Shown piece after piece: positions 24,884-37,601 of a stretch of 64,000 nt of DNA. The translations under genes were made by a program, and so were the position numbers. The stretch's first letter is position 1; each line of letters opens with the position of its first letter. The notes beneath the pieces were generated by a model. The model did not search any database. It had not been told where the DNA came from and worked only from the letters and a program-made list of their open reading frames with translations. The stretch comes from Podarcis vaucheri (Eukaryota): assembly GCA_965113315.1 (NCBI GenBank), contig OZ220374.1, one strand, 5' to 3'.

Positions 24884-25259
24884 GGGACGCGGGTAGTGCT
24901 GTGGTCTAAACCACTGAGCCTCTTGAGTTTTATAATCCAAAGGTTGGCGGTTTTAATCCATGCAAAAGAGTGAGCTCCCATTGCTCTTTCCCAGCTTTTG
25001 TCAACCTAACAGTTCGAAAGCATGCCAGTGAGAGTAGATAAATAGGTACCGCTGTGGCGGAAAGGTAAATGGCTTTTCTGTGTGCTCTGGCACTCGTCAG
25101 TATTCCATTGTGCCAGAAGCAGTTTAGTCATGCTGGCCACATGACCCAGAAAGCTGTCTGTGACAAACGCTGGCTCCATCGGCCTGAAGCGAGATGAACA
25201 TCCATAGTCACCATTGACTGGACTTAACTGTCCAGGGGTTCTTTACCTTTACCTTTTTT
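24884..25259 (+). mobile_element. Sauria SINE
   Basis: GGGACGCGGG head, ACCTTT tail, imperfect TSD TAGTGCAATCCTA / TAGTATAATCCTA. Confidence 0.9.
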
Positions 25260-25284
25260 TAGTATAATCCTATACATATCTATA

Positions 25285-25660
25285 GGGACGCGGGTGGCGC
25301 TGTGGTCTAAACCACTGAGCCTCTAGGGCATGCCGATCAGAAGGTTAGCAGTTCGAATCCCCGTGATGGGGTGAGCTCCCGTTGCTCGGTGTCAGCTCCT
25401 GTCAACCTAGCAGTTTGAAAGCACACCAAAATGCACAAGTAGATAAATAGGCGGAAAGGTAAATGGCGTTTCCATGCCCTGCTCTGGTTTCGGTGTTCCG
25501 CTGCGCCAGAAGCGGCTTAGTCACACTGGCAACATGACCCGGAAAAAACTGTCTGCGGACAAACGCTGGCTCCCTTGGCTTGTAAAGTGAGATGAGTGCC
25601 GCAACCCCAGAGCCGTCTGCGACTGGACTTAACTGTCAGGGGTCCTTTACCTTTACCTTT
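25285..25660 (+). mobile_element. Sauria SINE
   Basis: GGGACGCGGGTGGCGC head, (ACCTTT)n tail, TSD TATACATATCTA. Confidence 0.92.
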
Positions 25661-26214
25661 TATACATATCTACTTAGAAGTAAGTCCTGTTGTATTCACT
25701 GGAATATACTCCCAGGTAATGGGTATAGGATTGGAGCCTTAACTTCTGCCAGCATACGGCCCTAATATTAAAATATTTATAACAATAAATTGTCTCCCCA
25801 TTGCATATCCTTTTGTGTGCAATGATTCACATTTTGACGTGTATATTTCAGTGTAAATTACTAAAAAGGTTTTAGAGAGTTAAATGAAAGTGATTGTCTT
25901 ATGGGCTTTATTCTCTGTAACGGTGCTCCTGTCCAAAGAAGTAAATGTAAGCCCTCTGATTTCACTTGAACATATAGGGACAGAAACATGGATTATGACT
26001 GCAGATCATGTATTACACATCTTTTCCCAAGATAACATCTTTATTGTTACAGTATCAAAGGGTGTGTTTTGGACACATCTGTATGTGCCACTTCTTTATA
26101 TTTAAAAAATTCTCCTTGCCTGTGCTTCATTGCAGCAATGTCAATGTGGTTGCTCCTTTATGGAAGCCTATAGCCTCCTGCCCATAGTAACTTATTTTTT
26201 GTTTTGTTTTATAG

Positions 26215-26447
26215 GCCATATATTGTGACAGCTAAGTGGTTGTTGGAATGTTTTAGAAAAGGTTATTTACTACCTGAGGATCAGTACACTTCGGCAAACT
26301 ACCAGCCACTTGACAGTCCAGTTTTAGAGCAGCCTATCTTTCCAAAAAGAAGCAGTCTTTCAAAGAAAGAAGTTGTGAGAACAGTGCAGGCTCCAGAAGC
26401 AGACGAAGCTCTACTGTCTCAGTATTCAGCTAATGAGTCCACAGTAG
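26215..26447 (+). CDS. TOPBP1: TOPBP1 coding exon 9
   Basis: PYIVTAKWLLECFRKGY...EALLSQYSANESTV. Confidence 0.9.
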
Positions 26448-27421
26448 GTAAGATTGCCACGCAATGTAGCCTCTTCTGCTTGTTCCAGTATCCCCACCTA
26501 TCTACAGCTCCCTTATGTTGACCTCCCTCACTATTCCACCAGAACCTTACAATTTATCTTATCCTTAGAGCCTGTGTAAAATTTCCCAGATTTTCTTTCT
26601 CTAGTTGTCCTGTTTCTTTTCATTTGCCACTGCATTCCTTTGGCCTTCTGCCACCTCTGTTAATTGTTCTCTGAGGACTTGCTTTTCAATCATCTCCCTA
26701 TTTTGCCTCCCTTCCCCCAGTCACCCTGATTCTTAGGGAAACTAAGGGGCAAATATAGCCCATCTCGTGGAACCTCTTCATATTTTTCATTTAAATACGT
26801 GCATTTTGCTTCTAAAATGTGGGGCATGATTTACTTGGTGCTTCTTTGGCTGCTACACAATCACATATATTTTTTTAAAAAACTGGGGCTTACTAAAGAG
26901 TCCAGCATTTTCTCTCTTAAAAAATAGTTTTTATTAAAGATTTTCTTGTGTTACTAAACAGACAAATAAGCAGAGGAAAGTACAGTGGGGGGGGGGAGAG
27001 AGAAGGGAGGGAGAGAGATGGGGGGCTGCTGTTCTTTCATTCTACAGAAGTGTTAGTATAGGGGCTATATCAGCATCACGTGGATAGGACCAGTGTTTAT
27101 ATATATTAACATTGCGAGAGGTTAGGGGGGTCCAGAACTTGGTTGGTTGTGTTCAGTTGGTTGCAGTGTAGCTTGTTTGTATGTTGGAGGGGTGTAAGTC
27201 TTGAGTTCAGTATTTGCTAAAATGAGAGACAGTTGTGTGGAAGAAGTGCTTGGTGGATTGCAGTAATTAAAGAAGGTAACCTCTTGAATGTGTAAAGAAG
27301 TGATAGGACTCCAGTTCAACATCTCTTCAGCCTAGTAACTTGGAGAACGTTTTCTCATTTCCACGATCAACACATCTTCACTTTAATATTTGTTTTGAAG
27401 CAACATTTCCCCCTCTTCCAG

Positions 27422-27726
27422 TTGATGCCAATAACTACAGTGATATTGATCACACTGCCTTTCGAGAAGAAAAAGAGTTCAGTGCCAGCCACAGTTCCTT
27501 GGCAGACACTTCTACAGTCATTGAAGGAGCCTTGTTCAACAGAAAGAGGTTCATCCTTCTGGGTTTTGGTAAAGAGGATGAATCCTGCATGAGGCCTCTG
27601 ATTGAAGAGAATGGTGGGAAGGTTCTGCCTCAGCAAAGTAAAGCTATTGCTGACTATGCTGTGGTTCCTCTACTTGGCTACAACGTGGAATCAACTGTAG
27701 GAGATGTGGTTACAAATACATGGCTG
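27422..27726 (+). CDS. TOPBP1: TOPBP1 coding exon 10 (BRCT4); an alternative in-frame acceptor at 27401 is possible
   Basis: LFNRKRFILLGF...ADYAVVPLLG...VVTNTWL. Confidence 0.85.
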
Positions 27727-27823
27727 GTAAGTGTAAGTCATAGGATAATACATGTGCAAAAAGAAAAGTTGTCAGTAAAGAAAAAATGTTGTTGCCAACT
27801 TTAAATTTGCATTGAGGGATGGC

Positions 27824-27962
27824 NNNNNNNNNNNNNNNNNNNNNNNNNNNNNNNNNNNNNNNNNNNNNNNNNNNNNNNNNNNNNNNNNNNNNNNNNNNNN
27901 NNNNNNNNNNNNNNNNNNNNNNNNNNNNNNNNNNNNNNNNNNNNNNNNNNNNNNNNNNNNNN
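27824..27962. other. Assembly gap (N run), intronic
   Basis: Run of N. Confidence 1.
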
Positions 27963-28448
27963 GAATCTTAAATGTGTATTTTGTGTTTCTGTTCTATTTA
28001 TCACTGTTCCAATCACAAAAATCATGTGCTGCAGATATCTGATCTGTCCACACTCATAAACTGAACCCAGAGACACACTGGAAGATGGTTAACAAATGTC
28101 ATCCAGCAATTGCTACAGCTAATTGTTTGATACATCTGAATAAAGCAGATGAATTGTGGTGCCAAATATTATGACAATTACAAAACAATAAATAGTAGCT
28201 TTATGTACTGAACCATAGTTTAATTTCCCAGTTGCATTAAACAACTAGACAGTTACCAAATAAATATGTGTAACAGCATTACTACAGTCCCAGAAAGTTG
28301 GATATAGAGTGTATTGCACTGTCTCCCAAGATGGATGGATTCCAGCAACATTGTATATAGAGTACAGTGGCTTGTTGTCTCAGAACTTCTGTATTGTAGT
28401 TGAAAGAACGTCTAGGTTATTGGTTAATCTTTATTTCCTCATCTTTAG

Positions 28449-28621
28449 GTGACATGTGTGGAACAGCAGTCCCTATTAGATCCCCAATCGAGTCCACTTT
28501 TCACACCTGTGCCAGTGAAGGAAGGAAACACTCCGTTACAACAATGTGTATTGTCTTTCAGTCAGTTTAATGGGGCAGAAAGAGATTCTTTAATATATTT
28601 GGCACATTTGCTTGGGGCAAG
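28449..28621 (+). CDS. TOPBP1: TOPBP1 coding exon 11
   Basis: [21 protein letters not shown]...[16 protein letters not shown]. Confidence 0.92.
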
Positions 28622-29111
28622 GTATGTAGTTATGTTTTTATTTTTTTGTTAATTTTGTACAATCAAGTTGTAATGTTTCACCTCCAAAATATCAAAAGGG
28701 TAAGAATCTGTTGCTCAGAGCCATGGCCCACCACAATTTTATACATCTATAAATACAGAATACGTACAAAAATACAGAACAGTTTAACATATTTCATCAA
28801 ACAACACACCTAAAAAGGAACAAAAAAAGCAAGACTTTCCCTCTGATACAAAAGGGACACAACCCTCCCCATAAATTAATTCATAGATTTTGGAGAGAGG
28901 AGAAAACGTGTAAGTTTTTTTAAAAAATAAATAAATTCAGCGATGGAAATTGCTGTTGAAATGTACTTACTGTGATTTATCACTTTAAATCACTGTGTTT
29001 GTCTTAAGGAGGCGAGCATATTGTGAGCATATATGAAGTAGCGTTCAGATCTTATTGTAAGGTTAATGTAGTGTGGCTTGGTATGGAAATGTCACCTGGC
29101 TTTGATTACAG

Positions 29112-29323
29112 AGTGCAAGAATTCTTTGTGAGAAAAGCCAACCCAAGGAAAGGAATGCTTGTCAGCACCCACCTGGTGGTGAAAGAGCCGGAAGGTTCGA
29201 AGTATGAAGCTGCCAAGAAGTGGAACCTTCCTGCTGTTACCATGGCTTGGCTGCTGGAGTCTGCAAGGACAGGAAAGAAGCCTGATGACAGCAAGTTCCT
29301 GATTGACAATGTAGACACTGAAG
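29112..29323 (+). CDS. TOPBP1: TOPBP1 coding exon 12 (BRCT5)
   Basis: [10 protein letters not shown]...[26 protein letters not shown]. Confidence 0.93.
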
Positions 29324-30156
29324 GTTGGTTCATTTGAAGCTTTGTAGGTGTGTTCAGTAGCATGATTGCGTAAGGCAGACGTATTCTGTGCTTACTAATC
29401 CTGAGCATCTACTGGCAGCATATTGATATGTGAAATGCTATGAGTGATCCAACATTAGTCATTCTTGGGAGCAGAGCCATTGAAATCAATGGACCTAAGT
29501 TATTTATGTTGCCCTAGACTCCATTCTTGGAGCTGTTCAGTATTGAGACTGTAAGATTTTAAGAGAGATTTTTTAGGAGCTTAGAACTTTTACATGGTGC
29601 TTCCTAATCTATGCAATATGGATTCCTTGTTTCAATAAATAAAATATTTAAAATGATGAATATGAGTTGCAATTTGACTCTGCTCACTTGGATAAATTAT
29701 CTGTGTGCCCCCCCCCCACAAACCCCTGGCTAACCAGGGCAAACATATAAGTAACCACTCATCACCCTAATTTCCACACAACCCTCACTATAAGCGGAAT
29801 TCCTTTCCCCCCCCTCCACCCCCCAAGTCTTGGTAGCATAGGTGCTGAATTGCACAGTCTTTCACAGTTATAAGACACAACCAGAAAAGGCCTAGAATGT
29901 TCACTTCCATCTGTGAAAGGAGAAAAGCAGTGTTAGCATTGGTCTTCTGCTGGTAGGTTGGGACCCACTATTGGTTCAGATCTTTACCAAAGGTGGGTTG
30001 TAGCATCATCCCTAGCACCATACAAAAGCCGAAAAATGTGTTAGCTAAAAGAACCTAATTAGATGCTCTATTACAAAAACTGTATTCAAAAGAAATAAGT
30101 AAAAAATAATGATGGTGCTTTAATTTTATTTTTATTTTTTACTCAACAAAAACAAG

Positions 30157-30446
30157 AGTGTTTCACAAATCATCCAGCTGAGGCAGAGATGGATTCTGCA
30201 TCTCCAAATACACGTGACCCTCCCAGCAGTCTCCTTGAAATTGGGAGAAGAACAGCTGTGACACCTCTGGATATGAATCGGTTCCAGAGTAAAGCTTTCC
30301 AGAGGGTTGTCTCACATCAAATTGGTAGCAAGCCAAGCCCTTCACAAGCGGGGAAATCAGTACAGAAGGAACCATCCCTGCATCTTGACACACCATCCAA
30401 ATTTTTATCTAAAGACAAGCTGTTCAAACCTTCTTTTGATGTAAAG
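30157..30446 (+). CDS. TOPBP1: TOPBP1 coding exon 13 (acceptor at 30157 or 30178)
   Basis: VTPLDMNRFQSKAF...KEPSLHLDTPSKFLSKDKLFKPSFDVK; both acceptors keep the phase. Confidence 0.8.
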
Positions 30447-30670
30447 GTAAATACCTTGCAAATCTTCTTTGGCCTATAACAGCCTCCCTCTTTTATCCCT
30501 TTCCTTTCTATTCCCAGTTTATTTATTAGATGACGACTACGATTATCATTGAATTAGAAGAAATGTGTAAACTACCTTTAATAACTTGTAAAACATTTTT
30601 ATCGCATGAACATCCCTTTGAGCAGAGAACCTATGCACAGTTAAATGAGTGCATTTTAATTGCTTTTCAG

Positions 30671-30844
30671 GATGCGCTAGCAGCTTTGGAAACTCCAGGG
30701 AGCTCTAATCCACAAAAAAGAAAACTGAGTACTCCTCTTTCAGAAGTCATTGGCAGGAACTTAAAAGTGGCTTTGGCAAACAGCTCTCGGCAAGCAGCTG
30801 CTCTCACTGCAAGCCCTCAGTTGAAAGTTGCAACTCAACAAGTG
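30671..30844 (+). CDS. TOPBP1: TOPBP1 coding exon 14
   Basis: [27 protein letters not shown]...ASPQLK. Confidence 0.92.
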
Positions 30845-31615
30845 GTAGGCTTGGGTTTTAGATTGATTGGGCATATATAGCATAAATTGGGTGCTGCTTG
30901 TTTGTACAGAAAGATTGGTTAAATGCAGCAGAATTCAAATTGCATTTGGAAGTAAGCATGGCTCAGTGGGGAGAGGAGGGATGTGACCATGGTTGTGTGT
31001 CAACTGGAAGAAGTGAAATTACACACGTTGGTTCTAATCTGCAAATCAGCCATGGGCTCCGCCTGTACTTCCTGAACATGTAGATGACCAATGTTGTCTC
31101 ATTTGACATTGCCAATCACTTGTTATCAATAGGCAGTGGAAGGGGTCACCTCAATTTACTCCCACCCACCCCAAATCCTTTAACCCGCTCACATGTCCTT
31201 TTAAGATCAGTGGAAACAGTTGGTCTTGGCAAGTATCAACCACCCTCCATTCCAACCTGATAATTGCCACCTGCCTAACTTGTCTGAATTAATTTTAAGA
31301 TGTATTTTAATTGATGTCTGTTTTTATGCATATTGTGTTGTTTTTATGATGTTAGCTGCTCTGAGCTTGGCCTTGGCTGGAGAGGGCGGGATACAAAAAA
31401 AAATATTATTATTATAATTATTAACAAATAATCAGTTCTGTCATAACTGGCACTACATTTCTAGAGATACCTTCATGAATTTGGTATTGCTGAACTATTG
31501 CATTGAAGGATAAAGGAAGGAGAATAACTTTTCTTTCATTGCATTACAAACAAAGTGAATTCACCCTTGAAAATGTGACCCTGAACTACATTTCTGCTAA
31601 TTCTACTTTGAACAG

Positions 31616-31725
31616 GAAGAGGAGCCAAAGCCTCTAGCTGATGTTGTCATATGTGTGAGTAAGAAGCTCAGTAAAAAGCAGAGCGAGCTGAATGCCATTG
31701 CTGCTTCCCTTGGAGCAGATTACAG
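31616..31725 (+). CDS. TOPBP1: TOPBP1 coding exon 15 (BRCT6)
   Basis: [36 protein letters not shown]. Confidence 0.93.
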
Positions 31726-31880
31726 GTACGTGCAGTTAACAGAATTCTTCACTGATAAGACTTTGACATCTAGCTCTTGAAATTATTATAGTGATTCAAG
31801 TGCCTAAAATTTTCTAGTTGCTATACAAAGATAAAAAGCAGTAATGGTCCTGCCCTCAGGTTTACAGTCTAGTACACATA

Positions 31881-32214
31881 CAGTGGTGCCTCGCAAGACG
31901 AAAAGAATCCGTTCTGTGATTCTCTTCGTCTAGCGGTTTTTTCGTCTTGCGAAGCAAGCCCATTGATGGATTAGCGGATTAGCGCTATTAGCGGCTTTTA
32001 GCGGCTTATCAGCTTATCGGATCAGCTGATAAGTGGCTTAGCGGCTTAGAAAAAGGGGGGGAGGGGGAAAAACCCGCAGGAACTCGCAAGACATTTTCGT
32101 CTTGCGAAGCAAGCCCATAGGAGATTCATTTTGCAAAGCACCTCCAAAACGGAAAACTCTTTCGTCTAGTGAGTTTTCCGTCTTGCGAGGCATTCGTCTT
32201 GCGGGGCACCACTG
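31881..32214. mobile_element. Tigger/pogo-like MITE (family C)
   Basis: TA|CAGTGGTGCCTCGCAAGACG...CGTCTTGCGGGGCACCACTG|TA. Confidence 0.9.
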
Positions 32215-33182
32215 TAATTCAAAAAGGAAAATGGAGGGAGGAATTTGAGGGTAAGGCAATTTATTTCACTGGTCTGGTTCACAAGTCACACTGAACCATA
32301 GGTAAAATAAATTGTGGTTTTATGTGAATGAACAGTATGCTGGTGCATATTCCTCACCCCTGCTGCACTGGTGGAAAAACAGCCATTATCTGGCTTGTGT
32401 CATCCGAACCTTGGACTCATGGTTTGTTTCTAAACAAACCATGAGCAGAAGCTAAGGAAGAAGGAAACCTATAACTAGATCTAGGTTGAATAGAGATATC
32501 AGATTTACTGTATCTGAATGAAAATGGAGTATGATTTGGAACTCTGTAAAGAACTGTTCACTGAGCCTATCAATACAGAAAGCTCAGTATATACTATTAT
32601 GGTGATATCTGACACTTGCTAGTCTTAATAAAATTCACGTAGATGCATGTTTCTGGTGTTGGAAGCCTTCAGCTATAAATGCCAATTTCTTACATATGTG
32701 GTGGGAATGCCAGATGACATGTGACTTTTAGAGACAAATAATTGGTGTTATATGGCTATGATTGGTATTAAGCTCTACGCTGATTTAATGGATAGGAGCT
32801 GATGTGTCAAAGAATATGAAATTTCTAATAACAAATTTATTAATTTTTTTTTAAAAAAAGTCTGGGTGTATAAGTGGAAAAACCCACAAACTCCAACTAG
32901 ATGGGAATGATAGTGCAGAGAGGGACAAATTAATAGATATGATGCATATGAGAAGTGGTCGCATTCAGTATACTATATTTGTTGATAAGTGGCTGTGCCT
33001 TGTAAGTTATTGGAATCAATGCAATGGAAGCTTGAGACTTTCTGTGATTGTTTTGTGTAACTTGCAGACCATAAAACTTGCAGACCTGTAACTCATTTGA
33101 GAACCTATTTTCTAAAAGATTGAATAAATTAATTAAATTTGTTACAGTTTTTGAGTGTAACATATATGTAATATAACCCTGG

Positions 33183-33353
33183 GAAGGAGCCATTGCTCAG
33201 TGGTACAGCATCTACTTTGCATACAGACGGTCCCAGGTTCAGGCTCTGGCATTGGCTGGAAATATCTTCTGCCTGAACCCCAGAGTGCCATTGCTAGTAA
33301 ACAGTAATGAGTTAATGGGTGAATATGTCTGATTCAGTATAAGGCAGCTTCCT
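33183..33353 (+). mobile_element. Degenerate tRNA-derived SINE
   Basis: GCTCAGTGGTACAGCA box A and CCAGGTTCA box B, then TATAAGGCAGCTTCCT tail shared with 36248-36764. Confidence 0.6.
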
Positions 33354-33748
33354 CCGCTGCCTTAGAAAGATGTCCATCAAAATGTGACTATTAAATTTGA
33401 ATTACCAGGTGGACATTTATTTTATGTTTCTGAAAAACAGATCATGGTTTTGAAGGATGATTTTAAATCACCATGTTTGTCGACTGATTGATTCTAAAAA
33501 AAAAATATTATTGGCATATTTACCATAGAAAATGATCAGCATCCCTGGTCTTCTCGGGGTGAGGCATGTGGACCCGCCTGCATGTGATAATGGTGGATGT
33601 TATTTCTAAGAGCTGTTCCAGTTTGGGGTGTGTACAGGTGTTAGTAATGTTGAGTTGGCATCATGATAACCACAAGTCACCCCGCCCCCCATTCCCAGAA
33701 CTGGAAATCACTTAACGTGGAGTTTAACATGTCTTTCGTATCTTTTAG

Positions 33749-33872
33749 GTGGTGCTTTGATGAAACTGTAACTCATTTTATCTACCAAGGAAGGCAAAAT
33801 GATAGTAACCGGGAATACAAATCTGCTAAAGAAAGGGGCATACATGTAGTGTCGGAACACTGGCTTTTGGAG
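33749..33872 (+). CDS. TOPBP1: TOPBP1 coding exon 16
   Basis: [41 protein letters not shown]. Confidence 0.93.
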
Positions 33873-34527
33873 GTATGGAGAAACAGGTTTTTCCTAACAC
33901 AAGGATGGGGAAAGGGGAAGGTTGCACAACATGTCATTACTGACTTCTTTTTTTAATGTGAGTTGAATCTGTTTTAAAAATCGGGCATATATGGGGTGAC
34001 AGCCTACATTAATCATATTAAGGCTAAAGTCAATTGATTTCAGTGAGCCTACTCTGAGTTTAGTTGGATATCATTCATAAGGAGTATTCTGGGCATGCCA
34101 GTCTACAAGCAATATAAGGCTATGCAATATAAGGGTTCAGCAAATAAAGTGCCATGTGTGCTACTTCTGTTTCATATATCTATAAATGTAGCTTGCCAAT
34201 ATTTGTGTGCTTACACTGCAGTTCTTCTAAGGTCCATCTGTATTTCAAAAGCTTGATTGTGTTTCAGCAAGACTTGTCACCTGCTGCTTGTATGCTACTC
34301 AGTATGTCGCTGAAGCACTGCACTAAAAGAGAATGAGGTGAAAGTGCTATTAAGTGAGAAACACAGCCTCTGAGTCAGCGGTTGCCAGTATGCCAGCCAC
34401 CATATTTTGTTAGATTCAAAGTCTCATTGTCCCTTACTATTGGCTACGCTAGCTAGGGGCTGAGGACAGTTGGGAGCCCAGCATCTAGAGAGCACCACAT
34501 TGGCAACTTGTACTCTTGAGTAATATA

Positions 34528-34755
34528 CAGCGGAACCTCGTGTTATGTACTGTCCTCCTTACAAATGCTTCGGGTAATGAACTCCACTAACCTGGAAGTA
34601 GATGCCCCTAGTTGCGAACTTTGCCCCGGAATGCGAGCGGTAGTGGCACAGCAGCAGGAGGCCCCATTAGCGAAAGCACGCCTTGTGTTAAGAAAGGTTT
34701 CGGCTTAAGAACAGACCTCCAGAACGAATTAAGTTCACAACTGGAGGTCCCACTG
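34528..34755. mobile_element. Tigger/pogo-like MITE (family B, diverged)
   Basis: TA-flanked; shares GCAGCAGGAGGCCCCATTAGC and GTTAAGAAC repeats with 7927-8152. Confidence 0.75.
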
Positions 34756-35857
34756 TATTTGTGATTTTAAGGGCAGTGCTGTTTCCATTGGTGTGGCAGT
34801 ACTAAGTAGCCAATGACTGGTGTAGGACCAAAAAGGAAATAATAGAAGACCCTGCAAAGTAGCAGCCAGAAATACATACACTGTAAACAGCACATTTTCC
34901 TGGATATCTATTCCTCTACCATTCAGCCCTTCAGTTCATTTCCTGTCTTTCTTTCAGCTCTCCAAAGTGTATTTGTCTTCCAACTCAGGTGTCTCTCATC
35001 TGTCTTGTCTTCTGTCCTTAGTTACTTGTGTGGCTCCCAGTTTGAGTTCCCCCACTCATCTATCCTCTGGCTCCATTGCCCTGGATAGGCTTTTCCTTTT
35101 ATTTTAAAGCCTCTGTTTATCACTTAATTACTATCATTTTTAAGTGGCGTGCAGGCAACGCACAATTTACGCTAAGGTTATGTTTCACACTTCTGTGCAT
35201 GCAACTGAAATTGCTTATTTTGGGAGCACCCTGGTGAGTCCTCCTGGCTCGCGAGGAGACCTTCCCCAGAGCCCAAAGAGGACATCCTCTTTGGGCTCTG
35301 GGGACGGTTTTCTTGCAAGCCAGAGGCGTAGCGGGGCTTTGCTGAGGCCTCCCGCCTGACAGCTGATGTACAGGGTAGAGCAGCAGCCGCCACTGCCACT
35401 TCCCCACATGTCAACTGTGCAAGCCGCGCTGTCCCTGCAACTCGTGTGACTTGCGCAGCTGAGGTGTGATGAAGCAGTGGCTGCTGATGCTTCTCTAACC
35501 CACATGTCAGCTGTTAGGTGGGAGGCCTTCGCAAAGCCTCACTGTGTCTTGCGAAGAGACCCTCCCCAGAGGGTCCCACCTCTCCCCCCCCCCAATCTCT
35601 GGTAACAGAGAATAAACATTTCATGCATCCAGTGAAACAGTTTCTAGTTCATGGAAGCTTATTCCGCAGCAAAATTTTTAATTTTAAAGGTGCCACAGAA
35701 TTGTTTGTTTTACCAGCAAAGTAACATTTTTGAGGAACATATTTATTCTTGGCTGGGCAGAAAAAGAAATGTTTCCTTAACAAAAATAAAATAAAATTGC
35801 TCACTTCCTTGCTCTACGTTTGTAGCATTAATTCCTCTCCCTACTAACTCTTTCCAG

Positions 35858-36001
35858 AGTGCACAAGAATATAAACGGCTGCCTGAATCTCTCTATCCTT
35901 ACACATATAACCCTAAAATGAGTTTGAATATTAGTGGTATTCAAGATGACAGATTCTCAGATCGGCTAGATTCATCTGAAAAAACAGGGAAGGAAGACGA
36001 G
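35858..36001 (+). CDS. TOPBP1: TOPBP1 coding exon 17
   Basis: SAQEYKRLPESLYPYTYNPKMSLNIS. Confidence 0.92.
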
Positions 36002-36247
36002 GTATGGTAGATGCAATTTGTGTGTGTATGTTTTAAAATCATTATGGTAACCTTAACCTGGATGAATAAATAACATAACAGTGAATGGCTTTCTGCAATT
36101 GTTTTCACTTAGATTATGCTAATTCTGTAATCTAATAAATGCCGAAAGTTTCAATTTATTGTAGATATGGCAGTTAGTGTTCACAACATTATGAAAGTAA
36201 AAGGACTAAACTATTTGACTGCTATATGACCACATTCAGCTACTTGG

Positions 36248-36764
36248 AGGAAAGGCCAGAGCTTAATGGCAGAATATCTGTGGTGCATGTAGGTCAGCCC
36301 CTGCATCTCCAGGTAGGCTTGGGAAACATCCCTGGAGATCTGCTGTCAGTGTAGACCACAAGTGGGGACCCTCCATATGTTGTTTGCCTTCAACTTCACT
36401 GTCTCCCCAGTTAGAATGGCCAGTGTTCAGGGGACATAGAAGTTTCAGCCCAGGCACATTTGGGGTGCCATTGGTTCCCCATTCCTAGTGTAGACAATAC
36501 AGTGGTACCTCGGGTTACGGACGCTTCAGGTTACAAAACCCCGCTAACCCAGAAATAGTATCTCGGGTTAAGAACTTTGCTTCAAGATGAGAACAGAAAT
36601 CGCATGGCAGCAGTGGGAGGCCCCATTAGCTAAAGTGGTACCTCAGGTTAAGAACAGTTTCAGGTTAAGAACGGACCTCCAGAACGAATTACGTTCTTAA
36701 CCCGAGGTACCACTGTACTGAACGAGGTGAGCCATTGGTCTGACTTGGTATAAGGCAACTTCCT
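36248..36764 (+). mobile_element. Nested TE cluster: old SINE containing a hAT MITE (36357-36487) and a family B Tigger-like MITE (36500-36715)
   Basis: 8-bp TSD GTGTAGAC at 36349-36356 and 36488-36495; TA|CAGTGGTACCTCGGG...CCCGAGGTACCACTG|TA. Confidence 0.75.
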
Positions 36765-36952
36765 GTGTTAATGTCATAGTGACAATCTGGAAGTAGATTT
36801 ACTTTTGTTGGACTGTTGAATATTTTTGTTAGGTTTATTAGTAAAGTTTGTATACAGTTCTCCTTGCATCAATAATGAACACAGGACAAATTGCCATACT
36901 TTTTCTGTTCTGAGATATGACTTGTGTAAGACCTGAACATCAACTGTTTCAG

Positions 36953-37064
36953 AAAATGTCATTGGATGCTAAAATGTCATTGGATGCTAATGATATAGAA
37001 GATGTTGCTATGGATCAAGTGACTGAGGCAGTTTCTGTCGAAAAAGAAAATGCATCAAAAGGAG
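36953..37064 (+). CDS. TOPBP1: TOPBP1 coding exon 18
   Basis: KMSLDAKMSLDANDIED...KENASKG; AG/GT and phase fit both neighbours. Confidence 0.8.
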
Positions 37065-37408
37065 GTAACTGTTTGTTTGCATTATTGTATTGTTTGGCGT
37101 CTACCATCCGTTTTTGCCATATGCTGAAGACGCACTTCTTTACGCAGACCTTTTGGAACCCACCCTGTTCTTGTGATTGTAATCTGTTTTTAATGTTGTA
37201 TTTTTAATTTGTGTGACCCACCCCTGGGACCTTAGGATGAGGGGCAGAATTTTCAGTGAGTTCTTGAAATGTACGGAATATGGAGGGGCAAAGTATGCGT
37301 AACTAATAAGCAGTGAAGAAGGGGCCCACATGGCTTTTATTACATGGCATTTGACATATTTTAAGTAGAAAGAGCTGTTATTTATTTACATTTCTTTTGA
37401 ACCTCCAG

Positions 37409-37601
37409 TTTTAACACAGACACTGGAAATGAGGGAGAACTTTCAAAGGCAGCTACAGGAAATCATGACTGCAACATCACTAGCAAAGTTTCAAGGACAA
37501 AGAAAATCTTTGTCTAGGAACGGCTTTGACAATTCTCCGACAACTCCAGATGGCCCTCGTTCTGTTCGTAACGGCCGTAGCCGAGTCTTGGAAGCCCTAA
37601 G
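37409..37601 (+). CDS. TOPBP1: TOPBP1 coding exon 19 (ATR-activation domain)
   Basis: [23 protein letters not shown]...[10 protein letters not shown]. Confidence 0.93.

Noticed and set aside
33183-33255. tRNA gene
   Set aside because: The cloverleaf is degenerate and continues into a SINE body
35120-35647. Helitron (TC...CTAG ends)
   Set aside because: The CTAG belongs to a degenerate Penelope-like terminal repeat (about 35620-35705), and no convincing subterminal hairpin is present
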